From: Raillietiella orientalis
Lineage: Eukaryota
DNA length: 64,000 nucleotides
Assembly (NCBI GenBank): GCA_036172245.1
Contig: JAYWIR010000009.1
Coordinates: forward strand, 3,100,001 to 3,164,000
Direction of reading: 5' to 3'
Positions 48,400 to 61,218 of this stretch are shown piece after piece (position 1 is the first letter of the stretch; each line of letters starts with the position of its first letter). The notes under the pieces are model-generated. The model was not told the DNA's origin, searched no databases, and saw nothing but the letters and a program-made list of their open reading frames with translations. Position numbers and translations under genes: made by a program.

Positions 48400-49720
48400 A
48401 CGTTTCTCACCTGGTTTTGCCGGGGCGTTTATCATTAAAAGAAATGATGATAAAAGTACACTGAAGTGTTCAGCTGTGGTGCAACGCATGGTTGTACCAC
48501 GTGTCCGGAACTTGCCCCGACCGGTACGTAGACCGGCGAGGTTCGTTTCCATGGCGACGGGGAAGGGAAAACCCAAAATGACAAAAAAGGAACAAGCAAA
48601 AAGGAGAAACGGGAGGAAAAGTTTTACTGGAGGGGGGAGGGCAGGGTACGGAATCACATTGGGAGACATCCTCTGCATCCTGCTCAGGATGCCGGCACGT
48701 TCGGTCCGTGTAGCGCCCAATCGGGGTCATCGCGAGGCGGTCCACAGGAACACCTGCGCCCAGTGGACGGCGTCCCTGCCATTTCGGCCCTCTCCTTCTG
48801 GCCTTCCACGCCGCACCACGATCCTGCGGAGACCGCAGAGAACTGCGAGAGACACGGCTGGCGGCAGTGCGGCACCGCGCGCGAAGAGGCGTCTGAAAAT
48901 GCCCCGGGGTCCGTCCCCCGGGGTTCCTAGGGTCGTGGCGAGGCGATCGCAAAGGGCTCGGAGGGCAGTGCAGTCGAACAGTAGGTGAGGCAGGGTGGCC
49001 TTCTTGTCGCACCCGTCGCGCTCTTAGCGTCCAGACTCCCACCCCGTGTCCAGTGGTGAAGGCGCGCTTTGCAGGGAATCTCCCATGCGGCACCAGCAGC
49101 GCCAACTCCCGCCATTCGAGAGGGAGCCACTCCATGACGTCAGATGCGCCTGGCGAACTCGTCCCAACGACTGCAGGCAGGTTTGCCATACCTCTCGCCA
49201 GAATGGGGTGCGCCCGGAAGGAAGGATGCAGATCCCTCCCTTCCCTCCCTGTTCCATCCGCTCGCTTCTTCGCGTGCATTCCTGGTCGCCGGGAGTGCGG
49301 CATCCACGGGGTGCCCCCAGGTCTCCACGGAAGCATTCAGGGAACATGAGGTGACTTCGCGCCATCCGTGGCATTCGGTGGACACGGCGCCTCTGCGCCA
49401 TCGGACCACGCGTGGCGAGAGGCCGGCACCTCGCCTCGGTCGAAGGGAAGGGTTCCCTGCAAGAAATGGAACCTCAGCGGGAGGACGTCTTCTATCCCAA
49501 CGACCCTCCCGAACTTTTCGGCCTCGCTCGATTGGATTTCATTGGAAGCGGATGCTAGCCGCGATCAATCCAGCGAGAAAAAGGGGAGGGAAGAGGGGAA
49601 GATCGCGAGATGGTACAGGGATGTCCTTGCAGCTCTTTGAATTGTATGCTCGTTCTTTTCGAAGAGGACCAGCAGAAGTCCATCCTTTTATCCGTAAGGA
49701 GATGAGGAGGAGGCTGCTGT
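48400..49720 (-). mobile_element. L1/Tx1-like LINE 3' portion
   Basis: Contains DFCWSSSKRTSI, WLPLEWRELALLVPH and IPCKARLHHWTRG (zf-RVT). The 3' UTR is homologous to 19170-19300 and ends in the terminal motif GCCCCGGCAAAACCAGGTG. Confidence 0.75.
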
Positions 49721-50299
49721 TGCCGGAGAGGCGTTTCGCTCACGACAAGGACGGGCGGGATGACTTCAGCCGGGGCGGAGGACTCCTCGCGGCAGCGGCG
49801 CAGACCTTCGCGCGATGCCCGAGGCAACTGGCGGCCGCGGTCCGCTCTCTCGCGGCCGGCGGCGACCGGATCGGGCGGGGAGTTAGGCTGATTCGTGGGC
49901 CGTCGGGCGGGCTGCGGCGAATCGCGGAACGAGCGGGCGAGCGACGAGAGGAGCGTGGCGTCTTCTGTTGACCGCGGCTCCGAGCTTCGAATGGGGACTC
50001 TCGGGATGAAATCCGCCGCTGCCGGCGTGCCCACGCGCGGCGCCACGGGTGGTGGTGCGCGCGAAAGAGGAGGAGGAAGCGCGCGCCTCGAGGGCTGGCA
50101 GCAGCGAGCGCCACTTGGGGGGAAATTCGGGCTTAGCTGACGGTGACGGCCCCACTAGGAACCCGGCGGTTGCTTCCTTGCTGCTCTCGCTGTTCGGGGA
50201 ACAGGAGCGGAGAGTCCCCCTTTATAGGCAGTAGCCGGGAGCTGTGGGCAAGACGCGGATCGGAACGGGGGGATGTATCGTTAAAATGAGGCCTCCGCG

Positions 50300-50868
50300 A
50301 GTGGCACCAAAGCGTCACGGGTTCGGATCCCACCCGGGGAAGCGTCGACGCCGAGAAATGGGGGGAGGGAGTCGTGGGTTTCCAGGTCCTTTCCAGCAGG
50401 ATGACACTGGTTGGCCTCGGGTAGCTTCGGGTCATTCCCTCGTCGACTGACCGGAAAGGAGCCCTCCAGGGTTCTCTTCCGGTTGCGAAAAGGGAACCGC
50501 CCCCCACTCGGAGAGGGACCATGCAGCTGGTTGACACCCTCTCCGAAGTGTCAAGAAGCGCACTTCTCCTCCTTCGGGGAAGCGCCCTACAGGGAAATCG
50601 GGTCGCGTCCCTTCGGGGTTCTCTTAAGAGGAGGAGGAAGTCAGGAGCGGCTCCCTTGCGGGTTCCCTCCTGAGAGTAAGGGAGGAGGGGATTCTTTCCC
50701 GTGGAGACTTCCTGGACTCATAGGATCGCCCTCCCATAATTTGAAGAGTTCCACGCACCCTCGGGTGGCGTAGACGGTGCTTGAAGAGCCTCGTGAGCCC
50801 CTAGGAGGACGGTTCTTCAGCACTTGCTGACCCCCTAACCCCCCTACCCCATTCCAAAAAAAAAAAAG
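50300..50868 (+). mobile_element. tRNA-derived SINE, copy E
   Basis: GGTTCGGATCC at 50320 and the shared gcaggatgacactgg...cgtcgactg block. The 3' block ggacggttcttcagcact is followed by a poly(A) run. Confidence 0.7.
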
Positions 50869-51549
50869 AAATCCTGGTGCATCAGCATCCTTCAAGTGCT
50901 CCGTTTTCGTTGTTCCTCCATCCGGCCGTGAAACGAGGCGTCCTCGCAACCCTTTGGAATCCATCGAGCAAAACGTTTCCTGGTCCCTCTTTCCGAGATG
51001 CGACCGCAGTGCCAAGTTTACGTCAAACGAGTATTTCCATTACATAGCAGCGAAAACATTACATACAAATCCGTTTCTCCTCTCTCTTTCTCTCTTTACA
51101 ATCAAACGGCATGCTACAAGCAGATGCCCGCAAAAACGCTTTTGCTTTCCTTCTCCCCCGTCACGTCCGCCCTCACCCCGACAGGCGGCGGAGTGAATCC
51201 GCGAAGCAGCTTCCCTGCAGCTGCTGCAGCAACTTCAGCAGAAGGTTGGGACGCTTTCCGTGGGTCGCGTTCGGGTCGATTTCCCCCGGGATGGGGTCAC
51301 TAGTGTCTGGAGGGCGTTGCAGTCACTTGGCCAACGCTCGCCATTCTCTTGCGGATGCAGCGGTATGCCCAGGCGGGTCCCCTGACGCGGTTCCCGATGC
51401 CCAATTCCCTCTGCACAGCTCCTCTTCGGGTGTTTCGCCATTTCTTGCCCTCTTCGTCGCGATGTTGACGGAGAGGTGATGTGACGACGATGGTAGTGCG
51501 GCCCATAGGGTTCTGTCGGGGAACGCTCCCGTCCCCTCCGAACATTCGC

Positions 51550-52085
51550 GTCGTTCCATCGGCATAGCCTGCAGGTCGGCTGCCTCTTTCCGCCTCTCCC
51601 GGTCCTCGAGCAGCGTCGGGCTGGTGAGAGCCTGGAGCTGGGCTTTCCCTGACTTCGTGTTCTCCTCCCCATCACGTGCTCCGCCGCACCGTTCCGCAGC
51701 TGCTGATGTTCTCTCGAAGAGCCTTGCCCTGGGGCATCTTTGCTTGCCAAGCAGCAGCCAGGGGGACACTCAAGAGGCTGCTCGCGGGCTTCGAGTTCGG
51801 ACCTCGAGTTCCAGAAGGAAAGCGGAGCCATCGCGGTCGACGGCGTATGACCACATGACAAGAAACCTCCGCCAGAAGGCAGGGAAGCTTAATCCGGACT
51901 CCGGAGTGAAAAGCGGTCAGGAAAGAGAAGGGGGTGCAGCGCCAGCGGGGGGGAATCCGATCCCATGGCGACGGTGAGCTGCTTCTGGACAAGAAGAGTG
52001 CAGAGGTGGACCCTGGCACAGGGCCGCGGCGACTCTCAACGGCAGCGCGACCGCAAGAGATGGGTGCAGGCGAATCGAATTGCCC
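51550..52085 (-). mobile_element. L1/Tx1-like endonuclease C-terminal fragment
   Basis: TPFSF...SGVRIKL (TF...SRID-like) followed by GHTPS...FWN (SDH...WKLN-like). Confidence 0.35.
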
Positions 52086-52089
52086 AGTA

Positions 52090-52415
52090 TTCCCTCTTCC
52101 CATCCTCCTCCCTTCCTCCTTCTTTCCTCCACCTTTTCCCTGTCCTTCCTTCCTCTTCCTTTCAATTTCCCTTTCTCCCCCTCCTCCTTCCCTTCTTCCT
52201 CTTTTTTCTTCCTCTTCATCCTTTCCTTCTGTTTTTCCCTGTCCTTCCTTCCTCTTTTCTTCGTCTTCCTGCATGTCCTTCCTTCTCCTTGCTGCACCTC
52301 TCTTCCCTCCCTCCTTGCTTCACCCTTCCTTCCTCCTCCCTTCCTTCTTGTCCTTCCTTCCTTCCTCCGTTCCTCTCTTTCTTCCCTCTCTTCCCCCTCT
52401 CCATCCCTTTCTCCT
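52090..52415. repeat. Long polypyrimidine low-complexity tract
   Basis: About 325 bp of almost only C and T. Confidence 0.95.
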
Positions 52416-52949
52416 CATCGTCACCATCATCATCAACCGCCGCCACCGCCACCGCCAATGCTGCTCCCGTCTGGGGGGTCGGCGCTCGTTCCAAGCGGCG
52501 GCAGGCGACAGGGGAGCCTCGTCCGGAGAAGCAAACGGGCAGAGAGGCCGTGGGGTGGGAGCGGCCTCGATCTGTCCTCCAGCCCTGGGTGCGGGTGGGA
52601 CTGGAGTCCTAGCTCTCCCCAGCGCTCTCGGGCTGCTGGCACCTGGGAGCGCCCCTGGTGCGCCCGTCCACACTCGTGCCGGTTGCCACGGGCAGAGCAG
52701 CGGGCCCGCGGTGACGACCTCGCGGGTGGGAACCCTGCGAGAGGGTGCACGACGACGGGGTGCCTACCGAAGCGATGGGTCCCGCGGGTGGGCGCGGCGC
52801 ACGGTGTGTCGGAGCCGTCCGAGGAGGTGGGGGAGCGAGGAAGTACCTGTCCAGAGTTCCGTCGGCGCACGTCCCGGTGGCAGGAGCGACTCCTGCGACG
52901 CCTCAGAGATGCCCGCCCGGGGGTCGGACGAGAAGGCGGAGTCCAAGAG

Positions 52950-54600
52950 AACCGCCTCAGGGCGTGTAGTGTCCCGTCCAATCTTCGGTATTCCAGAGAT
53001 TGAGGAGTGTCTTCTCCAGCAACTCCTGCATGCACTAAGATTGGACGCAGCGCTCCCGATGCTTAAGAAAGAAGGCGGCTTCTCCCGGGGCAGTCCATCG
53101 GAAAATCCGGAAGGAACCGAATCTCAAGAAGCTCCGGAAGTGGCGCGTCGGACCGTCGAGAGGAAAGTCCTGGAAGAAGCCGCCGGCTAGATATCATCGG
53201 CTCCCCCTGGCGCTGTGCCTGGTTGTCGCGACGACGTGTTGAGAGCGGTGCGGGTGAGGAGGAGGGAGAGAGGAGGGACAGGGGAATGCAAGGAAAGCCC
53301 GTTGCTCTCCCGGAATCAGCAGCCCTTGGTCCCAGGTTGGTGTGGGCATGCGTGGGATTCTCAGAAGGCCCCAGGCAACGGGAGGTGAATTGAAAACAAG
53401 TGCGCTCTTAGGGTCTGCCCGTATAGCTCCTGGCGAGCAGCACGCTTTGACCGGGAGACTAAACGCCTGGTGTTGAACGCAGATGGACCTCAAACACCGC
53501 GTTGCACGGATGAACCGTGGACCACGACGGCTGTACCCTTCGGAGTGAACCGTCTGCATTCCTTCGTGGCTCCTATCGGCGATTTTCTGCAAGGCTCCGG
53601 CAGAGCTCCTCAGGCCGAGCCCCAAAGGTTGCGGCCTGAGGATGCGTTCCTCGAGCCTTCACCTCTTTACGCTCCAAACGGTGATGGCAGGTCAGCAGCA
53701 GTCTTCAGGACTGGACAAGGCTGGAGGAGGAGCTCAAAGGACTCTTCGAAAGAAAAAGGGACGCCTTTCTATGCGGTCGGTCCTGCCTCTTCGCCTTCTC
53801 TCCCACGCTTCGGAAGGAGGTGCCCGTCGAGTCCTCTCCGCGGCTCCAAAAAGGAGGACGGTCTGGCCGTGAGGAAAATCTCCTGGGAACCTCATGCTCC
53901 GCAGAGGCCGGAGTTTCCGCAACTCCGCATCCTTCCAAGCATCCGCATCTCAAAAAAAGGAACTCTGGAGTCTGAGCGACCGCCGCGCTGTGTTCATGCC
54001 ACGAGACACGCCCTCTCTAGCGGGTCCAGATCATGGAGACCAGCCTGGAACACACCGCACCATCGCGATTCGGGAATCGCAGCCGTCGCACCCTCGTGGA
54101 CGTGGCCGGAGATCATAGGAAGTGCAGCTTCGCGACTGCAACCCTCCTCTTCGCAGAGCAACCCCACCTAAGGGAGAACAGCGGTAGTAACCTGCCGGCG
54201 GGGCGAGTTGACCTGAGGGATCGCAGGAGCAAGGAGACTCCTTGGTGGCTGCTCGAGACCTCAACTTGCCGACGCGCGCGCGCAGAGACCATCCCCCCCC
54301 CCCCGAGGAGGACCCCTCCGCTGGTTAGATCACCCTGGGTCCTCCCCCTCCTCCCCGGAAGGATGAGCAACGCCCGCGGCCTGCGCAAGGTCTTCCTGCT
54401 TCCCCTGAAGTGGCAACGTTCGGCGGTGCTGCTGGTGCACTGTCTGCCTCCCGGGCAGCGCTCGCCAGCCTCACCCGGTGGCTCACGGCTGCTGATTCTC
54501 CAGAAGGATAAAAAACCCGGCAAACAGGGAGAGGAGAGCGACCCTGCCAGACTTTTCGGGTTCGGTCAGGAACACGGAACTGCCTCCTCGCCGGCCCGCT
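52950..54600 (+). mobile_element. L1/Tx1-like ORF2 C-terminal half, degenerate
   Basis: LPMLKKEGGFS (LPK.EGGL-like), and LLPLKWQRSAVLLVH matching the family zf-RVT 'LPLEWQEVALLVLH'. Confidence 0.55.
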
Positions 54601-54644
54601 GCGAGCAAGGACAGTCAAGGGTAAGGGAGGGGGGGGGGAGACGG

Positions 54645-55120
54645 TGAATAAACAAGCGAAGGAAACAGGCGAATCAATAAATAAGAATGAGTAAATAAAT
54701 AAATGACTAAATAGCTAAAAATAAAAACGTAAGTAAATACGTAAGTAAATAAATAAATAGGTGAGAAAATAAATGAATAAATAAATAGAGAAGAATGAAT
54801 AACTAAGGGAATAAATAAATAAAGGCACAGGTAAATGGGTGCATAAATAAATGAGTGAGCAAATAAATAAATTATCAAGTAAAGAGTTAAAGGAATGAAT
54901 GAATAAATAAATAAGAACGAACGAACGAATGAATAAATGACTAAATAGAACTAAAAATAAAGAAGAGAGTAAATAAATGAATAAATAAAAATGAATGACT
55001 GAGGAAATAGATAGATAAAGACAAAAGTAAATAAGTTAGCAATTAAATGAGTAAGCAGTTCAATAAATAAGCAAGTAAAGGAGCGAAGAAAGAATGAAAA
55101 GAACGAATGAATAAATAAAC
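54645..55120. repeat. Degenerate (AAAT/AATG)n AT-rich tract
   Basis: About 470 bp of TAAA/TGAA units, in sharp contrast to the GC-rich background. Confidence 0.95.
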
Positions 55121-57849
55121 ACGGGAGGGATCACTCGCTGCTCCCGGCGTGCCTGCTGCTGCAGCCCGCCTGCGGCGACTTCCTCTTCCGCTCGCTGTGC
55201 TTCAGGTGAGGTCAGTTCTGGGCGTTCCCCCTCGCTGGGGAGGGAGCCGACGCGAGTCCTGGCGATCGGAGTCGGGAAGCCACGATCCTCCTGGAGCAGT
55301 CGCAGGGATGGCGATCGGGCGGCGGGCGAGAACCCTCCACACGTGGAGCGGCGCCGCAGCAGAGGGATGTTCGCCCGGTGGACCAGAGGGACCGTGGCCT
55401 CCACGCGCACCAAATCTTCCCCCGCTCCTGCCAGGACGACTGTGCTGGTCCCTGGCGCGCGCAGCCGCGGACCCCCAGGTTCCCCGCGGGTCACCCCAGT
55501 GGAAGCGCCGCCCCTCTGCCCGCTGCCTCCGCGGCACGGTCGCGGAGGCGCGAAACGCCGCGCAGAAAGGACGACAAAGATGACCCCACCTGGCGGCAGC
55601 GGAGGAAGAGCGGAGGGTGCAAAGGACGACCGAGGACCATCCGCGATCCCCTCCCCAGCTCTTAACACCCGAAACATTCTCGAAACAAGATTTTTATTTA
55701 TTTTCTCATTTTTTCACTCCCCGACCCCCCCCCCCTTCTCCTCCGAAGCGGACTTCGCTGGGCAGTTTTCGAGTCATCTCCAGGACTCCTTGGGACTGGC
55801 ACCCCACTTCGAATCCCCGTTTTCTTGTTATGAGTGTTTTTTTTTTTTTTTTGTAAACTATTCTAACAGCAAACGTCACGGCGTTGCCAGGTGCCGACGA
55901 GCAGGCGTCTCGGCCGCGGAGCGGGAGTCCAGGAGTCACAAATCCCTTTGGGCGTACGAAGAGGGGAATCGGGGAGATTCGTTCCTCGATCCCTCTGCCA
56001 TTCCATGTCCATTCTGGGCGGATCCCCTCCCCTCCCCTGTCTTCGGAAAACAACGGTTCGTTCTGCATCCGCCCTCCGTTGCTCGGGGGCCTTGCGGGTG
56101 CCCGGGGTGCAAAGCTTCTTATGCGCACGAGCACGTGCGCATGCACGCATATGCGTATGTGTTGTGTGCGTGTGTGACGAAGACGCGTGCACAAACACAT
56201 ATGCAGAATCAGCCGCTTTCAACCGGCCTGCTGAACCGGGCCGCCATGCTGATCGCACACGACGTCACGCAGCGAAGCGGAACACTTTACGTAACCCGCC
56301 TTGCACACAAACATGCGTAAATATGTGCTATAGATTCGTATGTGTGTTCCAGTATACATATGCACGAAGATGCACAGGTGTATACGTGCAGCGTGGGTTT
56401 GCGCCGTACCGCCTGCAGTGTGAGGGGGACGTCCTTCATCGTGCTTGACCTTTCTTCAGGAGTTTCTACCCTGTTCCGTTTCGGCCGCGCCCTCTTGATC
56501 CCTCGGAAGAGTCCCCGGGGATTCTCGGAAACCAGAGGCCCTGCCTCCTCTGCGTGCAGCGACGGCATCGCCTACGCTTCACGGAAGCGGCAGCTCCGAG
56601 GTCGCCCGCGTTCGTCGTGCTCGGGGATCGCGTGATCCGCGCTCTGAGCGGTGCTGCCGCCGGCACACGACCCACGAAATCACGCGGGAAGCACGCGGCA
56701 GCGAGGAGCCGCTTCGCAGGTGCGGCGCCGGCTTGATCTCGTCGGGCGGGGTCATCCAATGACATCCCTCGTGCTTCCGTCCTCCTCTCGCCCGCCCACG
56801 GGCGGTTCAGCTCCTGGGAAAGGCGGACTGCCCACATGAGGCGGGCCCGAGGTCCGTCACGAGGAATAGGCAGGTGCGCTCTGCCTGCCAGGTGGCGCTG
56901 CACTTTCCCGCGCACCGCTTCTGTCGCGGGGCAGAGCTGAAAGGCGAAAAGGATTCGTCCCAAGAGCGGTATTCCGGTCCGGTCCGGGTCCTTGATCTCC
57001 GAAGTCTTCTCGCCTACTGTAAATGCCGGGGGGCAAACAGAACGGCCGATTTTAATTTCATTGATTTTTTTTTTTCTTCGAAAGGCCTGTAGAGATCTCA
57101 CGGAGGAGAACGTTACTATTTGATATGATAAGGATGGTGGGAACCCTGATCCGGAAGGAGTTCGCTGGGTGCCGCAGAACCGTTGGCTTCACCTTGCCGC
57201 GAGCGTCGGAACAGCGCCTCCAGCATGGTGGAGGCTCACAACAACACCCTTCCGCTTCCCTCGAGGTGCGAGGGATGGGGGAACACGAAGGGGTTCGCTC
57301 CCGCTTCCCGGTCCTCGGGGACGCACGACCAGAGGGCTGCAAGCGCACTCTGGAGAAAGCCGCCTGAACCGCCTGCGCGTCCTCTCGCGGACAGACTCGA
57401 AACCCGCGGCGCGTGCAGCCCGGTCGATCCTCGCGGGAACGATTTCCGCCCTCGCCGCTCGCCGCCGAGGGCGGACTCCGTGGCCACACGGCCGCCGGAT
57501 TCGTCATGCTGGGGGCTGAGAAGGCACCAGACTGTCGAGCGGAGCCGCAGCCAAGAGGGCCGGGCTCCGCTCTCTCTTCGGTCTGGCCGCATCTGTTGCT
57601 CCGTGACAACCAACTCCTTCGCAGTGGCGTGCAGGCAACAAGGTGGAGAGCCCAGAGGGACCCTGCCCGGAAATACTGTCTATCAGATCCGGAGGAGCGA
57701 GCCAGTGCCCACGAAATGATGCGGCTCTAGCACCCTTAGGACTGGCGGCGGGCGCAGGGAATCCAATCGTCCTGTGGGGAAGGGATCAGATGCATTGCCT
57801 GGGGACTTCCTGCTCCTGCGTGCACCCGCCGCCGTGCGCGCGGAGTGGG

Positions 57850-58720
57850 ATGCAAGCTGCAGCGGGGAGACCCCTTGAGGTCAAGGAAGGGTCGCACGAT
57901 GGTGCAACAGCGGAGGGACACTTCCGTCCCCGCACTCAGCGGCGACGGGCCTTCCTCCTCTGGATGCAGGCGGCAGATGGTGCTCTCTCAGAAGCTGCCC
58001 GGGGCAACGCAGAGGGCAGCAGGCGTTCCAAGGGTCGGCTTTCCGGCGAGTAGCCTGACGAGAGCGGGCAAAGAGCAGCGAAGCAGTGTGTTGAGGTGGA
58101 GTGGCCACCGCTCTTCCAGAGGCTGGGGTGGGGGTCGAAGAGAAGGAGCGGCTGGGAACTTTTCGAGGATGCCGTCGCGAAGCCGACTGCGATCTCTGCC
58201 ATGCTTGGGATCTGTGCCAGAGAAGCCGCTCCCGTGGAAGACATAGCGGTCTTGCCGACGCCGTCGGCTTCGCGCATGCTGGAAACAGCAGCCGGCAGGG
58301 GAGAGGAAGGGAAGAGGAAGAGAGGGGGAGGAACAGGGGAAAAGGAGGAGGAGGAAGAAAGGAGGAGGAGTGCCTCCATCTCTTTCTTTCCAGCAGCGTT
58401 CGCTCTCAGCCAGAAAACGATGGTGAAGGCGCGGGCAACTTCGGAGGGTCTCCGAGTTCGACTCGAAGGGCCACGTGGCCGCCCTTTCGTTCCGGACACC
58501 ATCTTTGGCCTTCCTCTCTTTAATCAAAGGCGGCGGCGTGGCTATTTTTGGACTACTCCCCGGTTTTGTTGCTTTTCGATGAAGCATTCCCGATTCCGGG
58601 ACGCGAGCGCTCCTCTTTGAAGAGCGCCCGCGAGGAAATAGGATTTTCCGGAGGCAGTAGCGCTCCGTCGAGGCTGCGAAGTGCGTCGCGAATCCCGGAC
58701 TGCACATACCCCTCCCTCCG
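57850..58720 (-). mobile_element. L1/Tx1-like endonuclease/linker fragment
   Basis: RAATWPFESNSETL (WK.N.SLL-like) followed by LFARSRQ (GA..RSR-like). Confidence 0.35.
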
Positions 58721-60740
58721 CCCCAGAGGGAGGGGTGTGTGCGTGTGCGTGGGGGGGGGGGACCATCGGACGGCTTACCGGCGGCTTCCGACTCGACTCT
58801 GGGGGAAGCGGAGTGTCGGGGAAGCGGCCTGGGGAATTCTTGGGGCTTCCTGCGATTTTCTCACTTCCTTTCTGGCTCCCACCGAGCGTTGCAACATTCA
58901 CTGCTCTTGAAAAGAAGACAGAAAAAAAAAAAAAAAAAAAGGGTCATCGATTTTTCTGCCCTCATTCGGGTGTTATGACCGGGAGATTTGGTCGTGCGCA
59001 CAGGTGGCACGGAGGGAACGAGACGAAAGAGGTGAGAACTCGGGTCACGTGACCTTCGTTCTCGCGCGCGCGGCTTGTGTCCGGGCTCCGCCCGCATGTC
59101 CATCTCCGGCTCTCCCGGAAGCGACCCTTCCCAAGCGACACTTTTTTCTACAGGCGCTCTCGGTCGCCAGTCGAGCGGGCGGAACATGCGCGCGGTAAAC
59201 GCCGGCTGAACCCCGCGCGCGGCGCTGACGCACGCGGAGCCGGAGCGGGGAACGCATCCACGAGAGCCAAGCGGTCCATGGGGATGCGACGGTCAGAATG
59301 CCCTCGGGTCATGAGCTGAGTCGGAATGCAGCGAGGTGCATTCGGGGCGACCCCTCGGAGCACGGAGTACTCTGACGTCCGTGCGCCGCGAACTGCACAG
59401 TCCACCGTGGGCGCAGGCGGCGCGGGTCCACGTACAGCGGCCCCTGAAGGGCACAAGCTGACGGAGACGCCCGTCGCCGGGACGCGGGAAGTCCAGCTGC
59501 GGGCTGCGGTAGCTGGCGTGCTCGGCTCGTTATGCAGTGCCGTTAATTCAAGTTCACTCCCTCGCGAAGACGAGGGTCTCGGGCGGGGGGAGCAACCTCC
59601 CTGTCTCCGAGATGCATCGCGGGACGGAGGTCACCTGGAGAGCACGTGACCACGGCGGCTTCCCCGAAGAGACCCAACCGAGTCCCGCAGCCTTGGAGAG
59701 GAGGCGGCAATCCGGGGCCGGCTATTCGGGAGAGGAAAGCGCCGGGGAGCAACGGCGGAGCGAAGGCGACGTCATCTACACTTTGATCTTAGCCAAAAGG
59801 CCGAGAAGCGACGTCCTCTACGGAGGGCGCCCTGCGCCGGGTCTTCCAAATGCCCCGGCTGTGGCTCCGGGGAGCATCCGCTGACGTCCCGGAGGTTGGC
59901 TGACCCCGCGGACGCGCTTGGGAGCAGCCGGCCGCTCCTGACCTCGTGACCCTGCCTCCTCGAAGCAAAGGTGCGATGCTGCGGGGTCGGGGGCAGATCG
60001 CAGTGGCCGCTGCCTTCTCCCTGGCTCGTCGTCTTGTCGGACCGCTGACCTGGACCCCTTGCCTTAGGCTCCTCCCTTCATCCATTTTTCGGCATTGTCC
60101 GCTTCCCGTAACAGTCCAGCACGATTCTCCTGCCACGGTCACGTCGATCCGCTCTCAGTCCATTCTTCTCATCCACTTCTTCATCAGCCACTTTGCACCA
60201 CCGTTTTTGCGTCCCGACCACTTCCCTCCGGAGTGGACGGGTGCCCAACCCAACAGGATTCCAGCGGATCGCCGGGAGAGGGCAGCCCTGCCAATGCGAG
60301 CAGATTGGCCCTCGATCTTGCCCGGTGGGTCATCTTTCCCGGACCACTGCCCTCGGTCTCATCCCATTGCCAGAGGTGAAGGAAGGGCAACGCGGGGCTC
60401 CGTGTCTCTCTCGGCGACGTTGCCGCTTGACCGCCGTTACCACGGGATACTTTTCCGGCGACACTCCCTTCCTACGGGAGTCCCGGAGGAAAGCGAGTGC
60501 GCCGAACGGACCCTCGGCGACCTACTGGGGGATGCCTCCTCCCCCGCGTCGCCTTGAGCGAGGATCTCCCGGAAGGCCGGAAATCGCTAGGAGGGGGATG
60601 GACGCTTTGTCCGAGGGAAGGAAAAGGAAGGGAAGGTGGTGGTGAAGAGGCCGAGGAGCAGGGTAGAAAAAAAAGAGGTGGGGAGAGAAAAGGAGAGGAA
60701 CGGAACCTGAAGAGAACGATAGCGATGATGACGACGAAGG

Positions 60741-60828
60741 AGAGTAGAAGGAGTGGAGGGATGGTGGAGGTGGTGCTGCTGAGTAAGAGGATGAGTGGAG
60801 GGATGGTGGAGGAAGTGGTGCTGCTGAG
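60741..60828. repeat. Imperfect tandem duplication (~43-bp unit) downstream of the PC2 stop
   Basis: gagtggagggatggtggagg(aa)gtggtgctgctgag occurs twice. Confidence 0.85.
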
Positions 60829-61044
60829 AAAGGGAAGGGGGGTGGGACGAGGATGGAGATGGTGGCATTGGCGGAGGGTGCAACGGCCGCATCGCGGCCA
60901 AGGGGACGCGCGCGGCTCAAGGACGTAGGCAACCATCACTGCGGTCAAAATATTTCATTTCGCTGCTGCCACCTGGAAGTGAACGCGGACGCCCTGGCGA
61001 AGACGAGGAGGGGGAAGGGGCGGATCCTCTGCCAGAGGGGGTGG

Positions 61045-61218
61045 TCACATGAGGCCGAAGGAGGACATCGTCAGCTCGTGGGACTTCTTGACGATGGCCA
61101 GCTTCGACTTGTCGTCGGTCGCCGGGATGCCGTTGTAGGGAGGCTGCTTGGAGCCGTGGACCATGAGGGTCCACTCCTTGAGGTATCCCTTCTGGGGGGA
61201 GTGCCCCACGAAGTTGAT
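61045..61218 (-). CDS. PCSK2: Prohormone convertase 2 last coding exon
   Basis: Acceptor ctcttccAG|ATC. Encodes INFVGHSPQKGYLKEWTLMVHGSKQPPYNGIPATDDKSKLAIVKKSHELTMSSFGLM-stop (TGA 61047-61045). EWTL.VHG..PY and SKLAIVKK.HE match invertebrate PC2 C-termini. Confidence 0.93.
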   Translation of the reverse strand: MNFVGHSPQKGYLKEWTLMVHGSKQPPYNGIPATDDKSKLAIVKKSHELTMSSFGLM

